20,304 bases of DNA from Candidatus Eiseniibacteriota bacterium (GCA_043819135.1 JBDRFG010000020.1:1-20304); one strand, 5' to 3'. Positions 1 to 7,206 are shown, numbered from the stretch's first letter. The notes: generated by a model not told the origin, from the sequence alone. Program-made: numbers and translations.

Positions 1-57
1 TCAGGACGGGGCCGGGGGAGCAGTTGCCGAGCCCGACCGTGGGAGAAGGAGGCGACA

Positions 58-912
58 GTGTCGGAGAGCGCCCTCAAGGCCAAGATCGTGCAGAAGGTCG
101 CCGCGCGCGTTGCGGACCTCCGCGGGCGGGAGGCCATGCGCGTGGAGTATCCGAACTACGTTCGCGACCTCGTGGACAACCTCGCGCCCGGCATCGCGTT
201 CGGCGACTTCCGTCCGGACTTCGAGGGCGCGGACGGCGGCGAACTCGTCAGCAGCGGTGGCCGACCTCAGAAGCTCTGCGCCGTTCACTCGTCGGCCGCG
301 CTCGCCGTGAACACCTTCGCACCGTATCGTCGCACGCCCGAGTCTCTGAGCCTGGCAGGTAGGTCGGGCTTCACGTTCGCCTGCTTCGAGAAGAAGCTGC
401 GCACGGGGCTGGGCGGCACACCGCCGAATCTCGACTTCTTCGCCGTCGGCGAGGAGGCCGTTGTTGCGGTGGAGAGCAAGTTCACGGAATTGCTGTCGCG
501 GAAGGCAGCGAACTTCTCCGAGAGCTACGCGACGGCCATCTCCGAACTCGCCGATGCGCGGTGGGCGCAGATGCATCGTTCGCTCTGCTCCGAGCCGGGC
601 CGTTTCCGCTACCTGGACGCGGCGCAGCTCGTCAAACACTACCTCGGCATCAGGTACAGCCTCGCCGAGGAACAGATTCCGAAGGCGTTGCTCTACCTGT
701 TCTGGGAACCGGAGAACTGGCCTGAGGTTCCCGCGTTCTCGCGGCATCGGTGTGAGGTGCTGGAGTTCTCAATGGCCGTCGCGGGAGGCGAGGTCGAGTT
801 CACAGCAGTGAGCTATCCGGAGCTGTGGGATTCGTGGGAAGAACTGGGAGCCTGGGACGGCGCCGAGGACCGGCTGCACTACCTGAGGGAGCGCTACGTG
901 TTCGGCGCCTAG
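58..912 (+). CDS. PD-(D/E)XK-fold putative restriction endonuclease (PGN_0703-like family)
   Basis: 284 aa ORF with a GTG start at 58 after SD AGGAGG (47-52). Motifs HSSAALAVNTF, FEKKL..G..GTPPNLDF, AVESKFTE (D...ExK catalytic pattern) and YLDAAQLVKHYLG match my recollection of this family. Confidence 0.75.
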   Translation: MSESALKAKIVQKVAARVADLRGREAMRVEYPNYVRDLVDNLAPGIAFGDFRPDFEGADGGELVSSGGRPQKLCAVHSSAALAVNTFAPYRRTPESLSLAGRSGFTFACFEKKLRTGLGGTPPNLDFFAVGEEAVVAVESKFTELLSRKAANFSESYATAISELADARWAQMHRSLCSEPGRFRYLDAAQLVKHYLGIRYSLAEEQIPKALLYLFWEPENWPEVPAFSRHRCEVLEFSMAVAGGEVEFTAVSYPELWDSWEELGAWDGAEDRLHYLRERYVFGA

Positions 913-941
913 CGTCACGTCCGCAAGAAAGGCAATCCCGG

Positions 942-1811
942 ATGGCTCACTCCGATGTCACGGTGTACGTGACGGACCTGGACGGCACGATCCTCGACGG
1001 CAACGCGCGTCTCTCGCCCAGAACGTGTGCCGGGCTGGAAGAGCTGCTGGACGAGGGGCTTCTGCTCACAGTTGCGAGCGCGCGCAGCGTCGTCGCCATG
1101 CAGCTGATGTTCGACGGCCTGCGACTCCCGCTGCCGGTGGTCGAGTTCAACGGTGCGTTCATCTCCAACCTCGCCACCCGGGAACATCTGGTGACGAACG
1201 CGATCGGCGCAGACGTGGTAGGTGACGTCTACCGGACCATCACCGCGGCGGGCTGCCTGCCGTTCGTGTCCACGTTCGACGGAGACGCGGACCGTCTTTA
1301 CTACTCCGAGATCCTCAACGACGGCACGCAGCTCTACCTGGACAACCGCGTTGCGGACCACGACCCTCGAGTCAGGCACACGGACGATCTCCGTCCTCAC
1401 CTCACGGAAGAAGTGGCCAGCCTGACGGTCATCGACCGCGTCGAGCCCGTCAAGGAACTGCGTCTGAAACTGGAAGACGAGTTCGGAGACCGCCTCTCGC
1501 TCGTCGACTTCGACAGCCTCTACTTCACAGGATGGCACTGGATGACGGTCCACGATGCGCGGGCCACGAAGGACCAGGCGCTGCTCGAGATGCTCCGTCG
1601 CGAGGGGCTGGACGGCGCCGAGGTCGTCGCGTTCGGCGACAGCAGCGGCGACCTCCCGCTATTTCGCGTCGCTGACCGGGCCATCGCCGTGGCCAACGCG
1701 TCGGACGAACTCATGTCGATGGCGACCGAAGTGACCGGCGCGAACTACGAAGACGGTGTCGTTGAGTTCCTCGAGCGCGATTGGAACGGCGCCCGGTCGC
1801 AACGTCCGTAG
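942..1811 (+). CDS. Cof-type HAD-superfamily hydrolase (phosphatase)
   Basis: HAD motif I DLDGT, motif II SAR, motif III Lys (TKDQA) and motif IV FGDSSGD. The Cof-type FNGA and AVANA segments are present. Start refined to ATG 942; the track ORF begins at 825. Confidence 0.9.
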   Translation: MAHSDVTVYVTDLDGTILDGNARLSPRTCAGLEELLDEGLLLTVASARSVVAMQLMFDGLRLPLPVVEFNGAFISNLATREHLVTNAIGADVVGDVYRTITAAGCLPFVSTFDGDADRLYYSEILNDGTQLYLDNRVADHDPRVRHTDDLRPHLTEEVASLTVIDRVEPVKELRLKLEDEFGDRLSLVDFDSLYFTGWHWMTVHDARATKDQALLEMLRREGLDGAEVVAFGDSSGDLPLFRVADRAIAVANASDELMSMATEVTGANYEDGVVEFLERDWNGARSQRP

Positions 1812-1857
1812 AGAAGCAACAGGACCGGACAACAAGCACGCAGGTGCGGAGATCTGC

Positions 1858-2526
1858 ATGGCGACATGGAACGAGCTATTCGAGCGGGGAGAGGGCATCG
1901 CGCGCTTTCCGGAGCGCGAGGTGCAGGAGTTCGTCTCCCTGCTCGAGCGACGCTTCACCGAACGCCCGCTGCGCGTCTGGGACCTGTGCTGCGGCGCCGG
2001 CCGGCACACCGTGGCCATGGCCGTGCGCGGGCACGAGGTCTTCGCGAGCGACATCTCCGCGAACGGCGTTGCCCTGACGGAGAAGTGGCTGTCCGAACTT
2101 GGTCTGTCGGCGCGAACCGCCGTTGCGGACATGACCGAGTGCCCGTGGACTGATGCGACCTTCCACGGGGCCGTGAGCTGGGATTCCCTTCATCACAACA
2201 CCCTCGGGAATATCCTCGCGGCTCTGCGCGTAGTACATGAGCGACTCGAAACCGGCGGCCTGTTGCTGGCTACCCTGAAGTCAACTCGGGCGGACTGGTT
2301 CGGGAAGGGCACAAAGCTAGAGCCGGGCACCTTCGCGCACGATTCGGGGCGCGAGGCCGGCGTGCCTCACCACTACTTCGACGAAGAGGGCATCCGCGGC
2401 GCGTTCGCCGCGTGGGAACTCGTGTCGCTCGTCGAACTCAGATGTGACTACGCGGAGCGGCCGAAGGATGGCCCCGACGTGAACCCGTTCCGGTACACCG
2501 CCTGGGGCGTGCTTGCGAGGAAGTAG
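1858..2526 (+). CDS. Class I SAM-dependent methyltransferase (small-molecule type)
   Basis: Motif I VWDLCCGAGRH, acidic residue at the end of strand 2 (ASDIS), VADM and SLHH. Start refined to ATG 1858. Confidence 0.88.
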   Translation: MATWNELFERGEGIARFPEREVQEFVSLLERRFTERPLRVWDLCCGAGRHTVAMAVRGHEVFASDISANGVALTEKWLSELGLSARTAVADMTECPWTDATFHGAVSWDSLHHNTLGNILAALRVVHERLETGGLLLATLKSTRADWFGKGTKLEPGTFAHDSGREAGVPHHYFDEEGIRGAFAAWELVSLVELRCDYAERPKDGPDVNPFRYTAWGVLARK

Positions 2527-2539
2527 ACGGAGAACCCGA

Positions 2540-2767
2540 ATGTCCTCTGAACGGAACCGGCCCGACCTGTTACAAGCCGACCCCGCGCTCGAGCGAACCT
2601 ACGTCGGCTCAGGCATCGCCGAGAACTGGGACGCCCTCTTCGCCACCATCGATATCTTCCGAGGGGTGGCGACCGAGGTGGCCGGCAGGCTCGACTTCGA
2701 CTATCCGCGCGAGCTGGACAAGCGTGTATGTGGCTACCTCGAGAGAGCGAGGGAAATGAACGCGTGA
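2540..2767 (+). pseudogene. Truncated or internally deleted aminoglycoside 6-adenylyltransferase (AadK/ANT(6)-like), C-terminal helical part only
   Basis: 75 aa ORF with GGAG at 2529-2532 and ATG at 2540. LERTYVGSGIAENWDALFATIDIFRGVATEVAGRLDFDYPRELDKRVCGYL resembles the C-terminus of the ANT(6)/AadK family. The N-terminal nucleotidyltransferase GS..D.D motif is absent. Confidence 0.65.
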
Positions 2768-2798
2768 GCCGCTGGTCGGCGGCTCACGCGTCTGATTT
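2760..2798 (+). terminator. Probable intrinsic terminator hairpin
   Basis: Perfect 13-bp inverted repeat ACGCGTGAGCCGC (2760-2772) / GCGGCTCACGCGT (2779-2791) with a 6-nt loop. It overlaps the stop codon, is followed by a weak T-tract (CTGATTT), and lies between convergent genes. Confidence 0.6.
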
Positions 2799-2948
2799 GG
2801 GTGCTGAGTTCCCCTGCGATGATGTGTGCTCCGGACGGGCGACTCAGAAACTGCGGTGATGGTGGTCGCAGCTGATACGCGCTAGTCGAACAGGTACGCT
2901 TCTGGGATACTGGGTGCCCTCACGGACACCGGACGCCATTGGGCGCTG

Positions 2949-3362
2949 CTAGATGGGGTCGACGACGCTGATCGTATAGGATCCCGCAATCGGTGTTCCG
3001 TCCACCTTCGCGCCGGTCAGAGTCAGCGTGGCCGATGGAGGCGCCACGAGGGGCAAGATCTCAGCGCGGTCGAACTGGGCCACGAGATTGCCACGGCCGT
3101 CGGGCTTGGTCGACAGGACCGGGACGCCCTCGAGCGCCAGCGTGCTGTGGTCGACGTCGGAGTACGGGATGTCCGCGTGCACCGTAACGCCACCCTCGTC
3201 GCAGGACGCCTCCGAATCGATACTGAGCGTCTTCGGTGCGATGGTGATGTCGACCTCGAGAGTGGTGTCCTGTGCGACGGCATACGTGCCGCCCACAGAG
3301 GCCGTGAGCAGGACAGCGGAGACAAGAGCAAGGACTGCATGTGACAGGTGTCTTGTACGCAC
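2949..3362 (-). CDS. Small secreted beta-rich hypothetical protein
   Basis: GTG start with SD GAAGGAGG upstream on the - strand. Signal peptide MRTRHLSHAVLALVSAVLLTASVGGTYAVA. The mature part (VDITIAPKTLS...DGRGNLVAQFDR...LTLTG...G.PIAGSYTISVV) looks like a beta-sandwich. Confidence 0.8.
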   Translation of the reverse strand: MRTRHLSHAVLALVSAVLLTASVGGTYAVAQDTTLEVDITIAPKTLSIDSEASCDEGGVTVHADIPYSDVDHSTLALEGVPVLSTKPDGRGNLVAQFDRAEILPLVAPPSATLTLTGAKVDGTPIAGSYTISVVDPI

Positions 3363-3416
3363 TTGAGCCTCCTTCAGTTTGATTCCAGTTGCGCCTTAGC
3401 CACGGACCATCGAGAG

Positions 3417-3445
3417 TTTGAGGACACGAGGGTGTCGTTTGTTCC
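3417..3445 (-). promoter_or_regulatory. Possible ECF (sigmaE-like) promoter for the 2949-3362 gene
   Basis: The - strand reads GGAACAA-N17-TCAAA, close to the GGAACTT-N16-TCAAA sigmaE consensus, about 55 nt upstream of the start. The motif is short and could be a chance match. Confidence 0.3.
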
Positions 3446-3599
3446 CGGGAAGTGGCGCCCGCTTCTGACAGGACGCCGGAACCGTGAGGAGCGGGGAGGA
3501 TGTGACTTCACCTCGCACTGCATATGGTGGTTCACTACTGCTGGCAGGCAGTTGCAGCGATTCGATGAACGGCGGCACTTGCATCGGAGGGATCGAAGA

Positions 3600-3923
3600 A
3601 TGGTACCAGTTGTTACCGCAACCGGAGCAGTTGTGGCAGGGGTTGTCGCAAGGAAGCGCAAGAGGATCATCCGAGCCTTCCGGGAGCACGGGGCCACGAG
3701 CCCCGAGACGGCCAAGAGTCTCGTCGAGGTAGGATTGTCTGACGGATTCCTGGTGCACGTCATGAAGCTCAGGCACGTCATCGTGAACGTTGGGGGCGAT
3801 CGGTTCTACCTCGACACCGCGCGCGAGCAGGCGGTCGAACGTACCCGCAGGGTGGTCCTCGCGGTTGTCGTGCTCCTGGTGGCGGCCATCATCGTCGTGC
3901 TGTGGCGGATGAGCCTCCTGTGA
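3600..3923 (+). CDS. Small hypothetical protein with C-terminal transmembrane helix
   Basis: ATG at 3600 after GGAGGG; 107 aa. It has a basic N-terminal part (IIRAFREHGATSPETAKSL), a central RFYLD motif and a hydrophobic C-terminal segment VVLAVVVLLVAAIIVVLW. Confidence 0.7.
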   Translation: MVPVVTATGAVVAGVVARKRKRIIRAFREHGATSPETAKSLVEVGLSDGFLVHVMKLRHVIVNVGGDRFYLDTAREQAVERTRRVVLAVVVLLVAAIIVVLWRMSLL

Positions 3924-4044
3924 GAGCGTCCCGGACCGCCACCGCGCTCCTGCCGGTCGGGTCAGCACCGCTCCTGATCCTCGGTTGCGCTCAGAGCCCG
4001 TCCGCGAGGGTGTTCACGTCGCACCACACACAGGAGGATCTCGA

Positions 4045-4704
4045 TTGAAACGCACCAGCGCCAACTTCCTCGTTGACTCGGTTGCACTCGCCGCGCTCGT
4101 TCTTCTGGCCGCGACGGGCGCACTCATTCGCTACGTGCTTCCCGCGGGCTCAGGACACACGAGCGCGCTGTGGGGTCTGGACCGCCACGAGTGGGGGCAC
4201 ATCCACTTCTGGATCGCCGTGGTCTTCGGCGTCGCGACGGTCGTGCATCTTGTGCTTCACTGGGGATGGATCACCTGTGTGGTCCGAGGTGACTCCGAAG
4301 AGAAGTCGAAGGGCCGCGTTATAGCGGCTCTGGCCGTGCTACTGGCGCTTGTTGTGCTGGCCGCGGCCCCTTTCCTCGGGACGGTCGAGGAGATCGAGGA
4401 TGGGCGGCGCGGCGGCCGGGCCGGGGAGCACGAGGGCCGGGCCGGGGCGCACGAAGGAGAGCCGGCGCAGCACGAGGCCGAGAACGAGACCGTCCACGGT
4501 TCGATGACGCTTCGCGACGTACAGGAACTCACCGGCGTGCCCGTGGACTACATGATCGCCAACCTGAGTCTGCCCGTCGATGTGTCACCCGACGAGAGAC
4601 TGGGGAGGCTCCGCCGCTCCTACGCGTTCGAGATAGACGACGTCAGGCGCGTAGTCAGCGGCTACGGGAGTCAGGACCGGGGGAGGACGGAAGACGGTTC
4701 ATGA
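4045..4704 (+). CDS. DUF4405 domain membrane protein (cytochrome b-like) with C-terminal soluble domain
   Basis: TTG at 4045 after SD CAGGAGG (4031-4037). Pattern N..VD...TG...WGLDRHEWGHIHFW...HLVLHW is typical of DUF4405. Three hydrophobic segments are followed by a His/Glu linker and a GSMTL...G.P domain. Confidence 0.8.
   Translation: MKRTSANFLVDSVALAALVLLAATGALIRYVLPAGSGHTSALWGLDRHEWGHIHFWIAVVFGVATVVHLVLHWGWITCVVRGDSEEKSKGRVIAALAVLLALVVLAAAPFLGTVEEIEDGRRGGRAGEHEGRAGAHEGEPAQHEAENETVHGSMTLRDVQELTGVPVDYMIANLSLPVDVSPDERLGRLRRSYAFEIDDVRRVVSGYGSQDRGRTEDGS
4414..4476 (+). repeat. Three degenerate 21-nt tandem repeats encoding GRAGEHE-GRAGAHE-GEPAQHE
   Basis: GGCCGGGCCGGGGAGCACGAG / GGCCGGGCCGGGGCGCACGAA / GGAGAGCCGGCGCAGCACGAG, read directly and in frame within the DUF4405 gene. 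Confidence 0.8.
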
Positions 4705-4791
4705 CTTCGAGCAACCGTGTCTCCAGGAACTCCTGTCCGGGGCTCTGCCGGAGTGGCGACTCCAAAGACGAAGAGACGGGGAGGGACAGAC

Positions 4792-5277
4792 ATGACGAAA
4801 GCTCAGGACAAACGAACCCTCCTGGCCTACTGCGGGCTCTACTGTGGTGATTGCATGGGGTACACCGGCGTCATCGCGGACGCGGCGGAGCGATTCAAGG
4901 CCGTCCTCGAGCAGTACCAGTTCGGGAAGACCGCCGCAGCGATGTTCCAGGAGGAGCTGGCGGAATATGGCAATCTCGTCGAGATGGTCGATTTCATGTC
5001 CGGGCTACGATGTCCCGCGGTGTGCCGTTCGAGAACGGGCCACACCTCGTGCCAGGCGAAGAATTGCTGCATCGGGAACGGCTATTTCGCGTGCCACGAA
5101 TGCGACGGGTTCGAGACGTGCGATACCCTGCGCGCGGTGCACTTCGGCATCCACGAGGAGGCCTGCACTCTGAACCTGAAGGCCATTCGAGATATCGGAC
5201 TGGACGCCTGGCTCGAGAGCGGCGAGCGCCACTGCTACTGGACACTCGACGGAGACGGCGCTTCCGGACGCGACTGA
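4792..5277 (+). CDS. DUF3795 domain cysteine-rich protein
   Basis: ATG at 4792 after GGGAGGG. Cys pattern AYCGLYCGDC...CPAVC...C...CC......CHEC..FE.C, followed by NL..I...G..AWL, is characteristic of DUF3795. Confidence 0.85.
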   Translation: MTKAQDKRTLLAYCGLYCGDCMGYTGVIADAAERFKAVLEQYQFGKTAAAMFQEELAEYGNLVEMVDFMSGLRCPAVCRSRTGHTSCQAKNCCIGNGYFACHECDGFETCDTLRAVHFGIHEEACTLNLKAIRDIGLDAWLESGERHCYWTLDGDGASGRD

Positions 5278-5318
5278 CGCGAGCATCTTCGTCGAGGCGT
5301 CGCGAGCTCAGCATGCAG

Positions 5319-5351
5319 ACGCGCGCGAGACCGAGAAGGTCCCGCGCGCGT
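5319..5351. terminator. GC-rich hairpin between convergent genes (possible bidirectional terminator)
   Basis: ACGCGCGCGAGACC-GAGAA-GGTCCCGCGCGCGT pairs at 13 of 14 positions. There is no strong adjacent T-tract. Confidence 0.45.
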
Positions 5352-5392
5352 TGCCGTGATGAGGTTCTTCTGTTTCGTGCCTGCTTCCCCGT

Positions 5393-6919
5393 CTACCGCT
5401 TTGTGACCGGCTTGGTCACATGCGCCGGCAGCGCCGCACCCACTGGTGGAGTCGCGTGGAACTCGTTGATCAGCGTGAACACGCCGGTCTCGGCGTTCAG
5501 CTCGCCCACGTGCCACCAGTAGTTCTCGCCACAGGTTCCGGTAGGAACGTTCAGGACGCGGATCAGGTTGTTGCCGGCATAGATCTGGACGACGGCGCTC
5601 GAGGTCGCGAGCGTTCCGGTGCCGGTCCACTCGTGGATGGCGTACACGTACTGCCCGTCGTACTCCGGCAGAAGCGTCACGGTCTCGGGACCGAAGCTGA
5701 CCGTGTCGTCGACGTCGAGCTCGGCGTATGGCGCTGCCAGGAGCGTCCCTCTGTTCGCGAAGTATACGTGAGTGTACTGCCCGACGCCGGTCGGGATCCA
5801 CAGATGCGAGTCGAGATCTGACGGGTCCTGTCCCCACGTGAGAATGAACCTGTACTGGTCGGCCGACATGGCCGATGGCACGAGTACGACATCCTGTTGC
5901 ACGGTCGCGTTGTCGCCGACCACGAGCACCATCGAGAACGGCTGATAGCCGCTCGCCGAGGCCGTCACGAGGACGTGTTCGCCCGGTACGACGTTGGTGA
6001 CGGAGTAGTTTCCGCCGACGCCGCTCGTCGTCTGGACGCCGTTGACCGCGACGGTCGCGCCAGAGATGCTCCCGCCGGTCGTCGCGTCGCGGACCACACC
6101 CTGGACCGTGCCGAGGTTCGTGGTTGACACGCAGCCGGGCGCCGTCACCACGGGCTCGATCAGTGCAATGTCCAGCGTGGTCCGGCCGGTGTTCGGCCCG
6201 TCCATCTGGGTCAGTCTGACCTCCTGCGTTCCGCAGTAGCCCTGTGCGAGGTAGACGCTGTTTTTCAGCTCCTCAAGGACGCCGCCTGCGTTCGAGTAGT
6301 CGGCCCAGCAAATGTAGACGAGAACTGAGTTCGAATCCGGCGGGTACGTCGTGGCCAGAAGAAGGCCCGAGATTCGCGCCGCCAGTTCGTCGGCGATCAG
6401 ACCGTCGTCCATGTCGGTGATCTCGTCGGTCGCCAGCCCGACCAGCGAGGAGCGGATCTCGTCCCAGCTATCCTCGGGCACCCAGGCGATCCCGTGAATG
6501 CCCGGTATCGGAGTGGCTCCGCCCGTCCATGGGAAGAGTTCGTCCCAGCTCGTGGGGACCGCGCCCTGGTTCGTGATGACGTCGTCCCTGTCGTAGGTGT
6601 AGAGGCCCACCTGGTAGCCGTCGCCGCCAATGGCGAGGCAGCTCGCCTCGTCATCGCAGGCGCTGGCGACGCAGATATACTGAGCGCCTACGACGGGCTC
6701 GGCCGTCAGTCCGTCTCGCACCTTCGCGCGGAACGTGCCGAGATCGCCCATGTCGATGGTGACAAGTCCGTCGGCTCCGGACGTGCCGCTGCCGACGACC
6801 CAGCTGCAGTCGGTGTCGGGCTCGCCGGGTGCGGTCGTTCCACCGCAGCCCGCCATCGTGAAGCCGACTGCCGCAACCAAGAACGCCATGAGAGCAAAGC
6901 GGAGCATATTCAGCAACAT
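5393..6919 (-). CDS. Lipoprotein with carboxypeptidase-regulatory-like (Ig/prealbumin-fold) domain and C-terminal YfaP/DUF2135-like domain
   Basis: ATG at 6919 after SD AGGAGGG. The signal peptide ends in lipobox MAG-C. GTVQGVVRDATTG..ISGATV...TTSG..G.Y...ASASGY is the CarboxypepD_reg pattern. ILTWGQDPSDLDSHL...LDVDDT..FGPET.T is the YfaP-like pattern. Confidence 0.8.
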   Translation of the reverse strand: MLLNMLRFALMAFLVAAVGFTMAGCGGTTAPGEPDTDCSWVVGSGTSGADGLVTIDMGDLGTFRAKVRDGLTAEPVVGAQYICVASACDDEASCLAIGGDGYQVGLYTYDRDDVITNQGAVPTSWDELFPWTGGATPIPGIHGIAWVPEDSWDEIRSSLVGLATDEITDMDDGLIADELAARISGLLLATTYPPDSNSVLVYICWADYSNAGGVLEELKNSVYLAQGYCGTQEVRLTQMDGPNTGRTTLDIALIEPVVTAPGCVSTTNLGTVQGVVRDATTGGSISGATVAVNGVQTTSGVGGNYSVTNVVPGEHVLVTASASGYQPFSMVLVVGDNATVQQDVVLVPSAMSADQYRFILTWGQDPSDLDSHLWIPTGVGQYTHVYFANRGTLLAAPYAELDVDDTVSFGPETVTLLPEYDGQYVYAIHEWTGTGTLATSSAVVQIYAGNNLIRVLNVPTGTCGENYWWHVGELNAETGVFTLINEFHATPPVGAALPAHVTKPVTKR

Positions 6920-7030
6920 CGTTCCCTCCTTCGCGAGATGCCCTGCGGTGCCGCGCATTGCGGGGCAGCACCGGGCGGGTACCGCGCACGTAGCCCGCAC
7001 CACTTCCCAAAGGTGTCGTGAGGCCCTGTA

Positions 7031-7047
7031 TGCAAGTTCACTGCCAA
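7031..7047 (-). promoter_or_regulatory. Sigma54 (RpoN) -24/-12 promoter upstream of the lipoprotein gene
   Basis: The - strand reads TTGGCAGTGAACTTGCA, which is GG-N10-GC with both TGGCA and TTGCA half-sites. It is intergenic, correctly oriented and about 110 nt upstream of ATG 6919. Confidence 0.7.
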
Positions 7048-7206
7048 GCGTGCACGTGGCGCAGGGGACAGGAAACGCCTTGTCTACGGATGGCGTGGTC
7101 GTTTACTCTCCGACGGGGCAGAGTTGAGCGTCGCTCGGGAGGCGGACGCGGGCGCCGGTCGTCGACTGATCGGCACGGGACAGGGTTTATCGGACGGAGG
7201 AGTGCG

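Noticed and set aside
58..2526. Nuclease plus methyltransferase read as a type II restriction-modification system
   Set aside because: The methyltransferase is a short class I small-molecule type. It has no DPPY/NPPY/SPPY or PC catalytic motif, and a HAD gene separates the two.
912..2948. Integron cassette array (small, unrelated, co-oriented genes including an aminoglycoside-modifying remnant)
   Set aside because: The spacers are only 13-46 nt with no RYYYAAC...GTTRRRY attC boxes, and no integrase is in the window.
2792..2948. Possible ncRNA or hammerhead ribozyme in the convergent intergenic region (stems CTGAGT/ACTCAG and CTGCG/CGCAG, a GAAA and two CTGAT)
   Set aside because: There is no CTGAnGA core in the right order, and short stems like these are expected by chance at this GC content.
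3501..3517. CRP/FNR-like site TGTGA...TCGCA
   Set aside because: The spacer is 7 nt rather than 6, and one half-site is imperfect.
3542..3556. Second sigma54-like motif TGGCAGGCAGTTGCA upstream of the 3600 gene
   Set aside because: The GG-to-GC spacing is 9 nt, and sigma54 requires 10.
5275..5310. Selenocysteine read-through at the TGA of the Cys-rich DUF3795 gene (and at other TGA stops)
   Set aside because: The domains appear complete before each TGA, the TGA is not in a Cys-motif position, and I see no convincing SECIS-like hairpin.
7048..7206. SAM riboswitch or T-box upstream of cysK
   Set aside because: No SAM-I core or T-box consensus sequence is visible. There is only a weak TTGTCT-N18-TACTCT promoter-like match (7080-7109).
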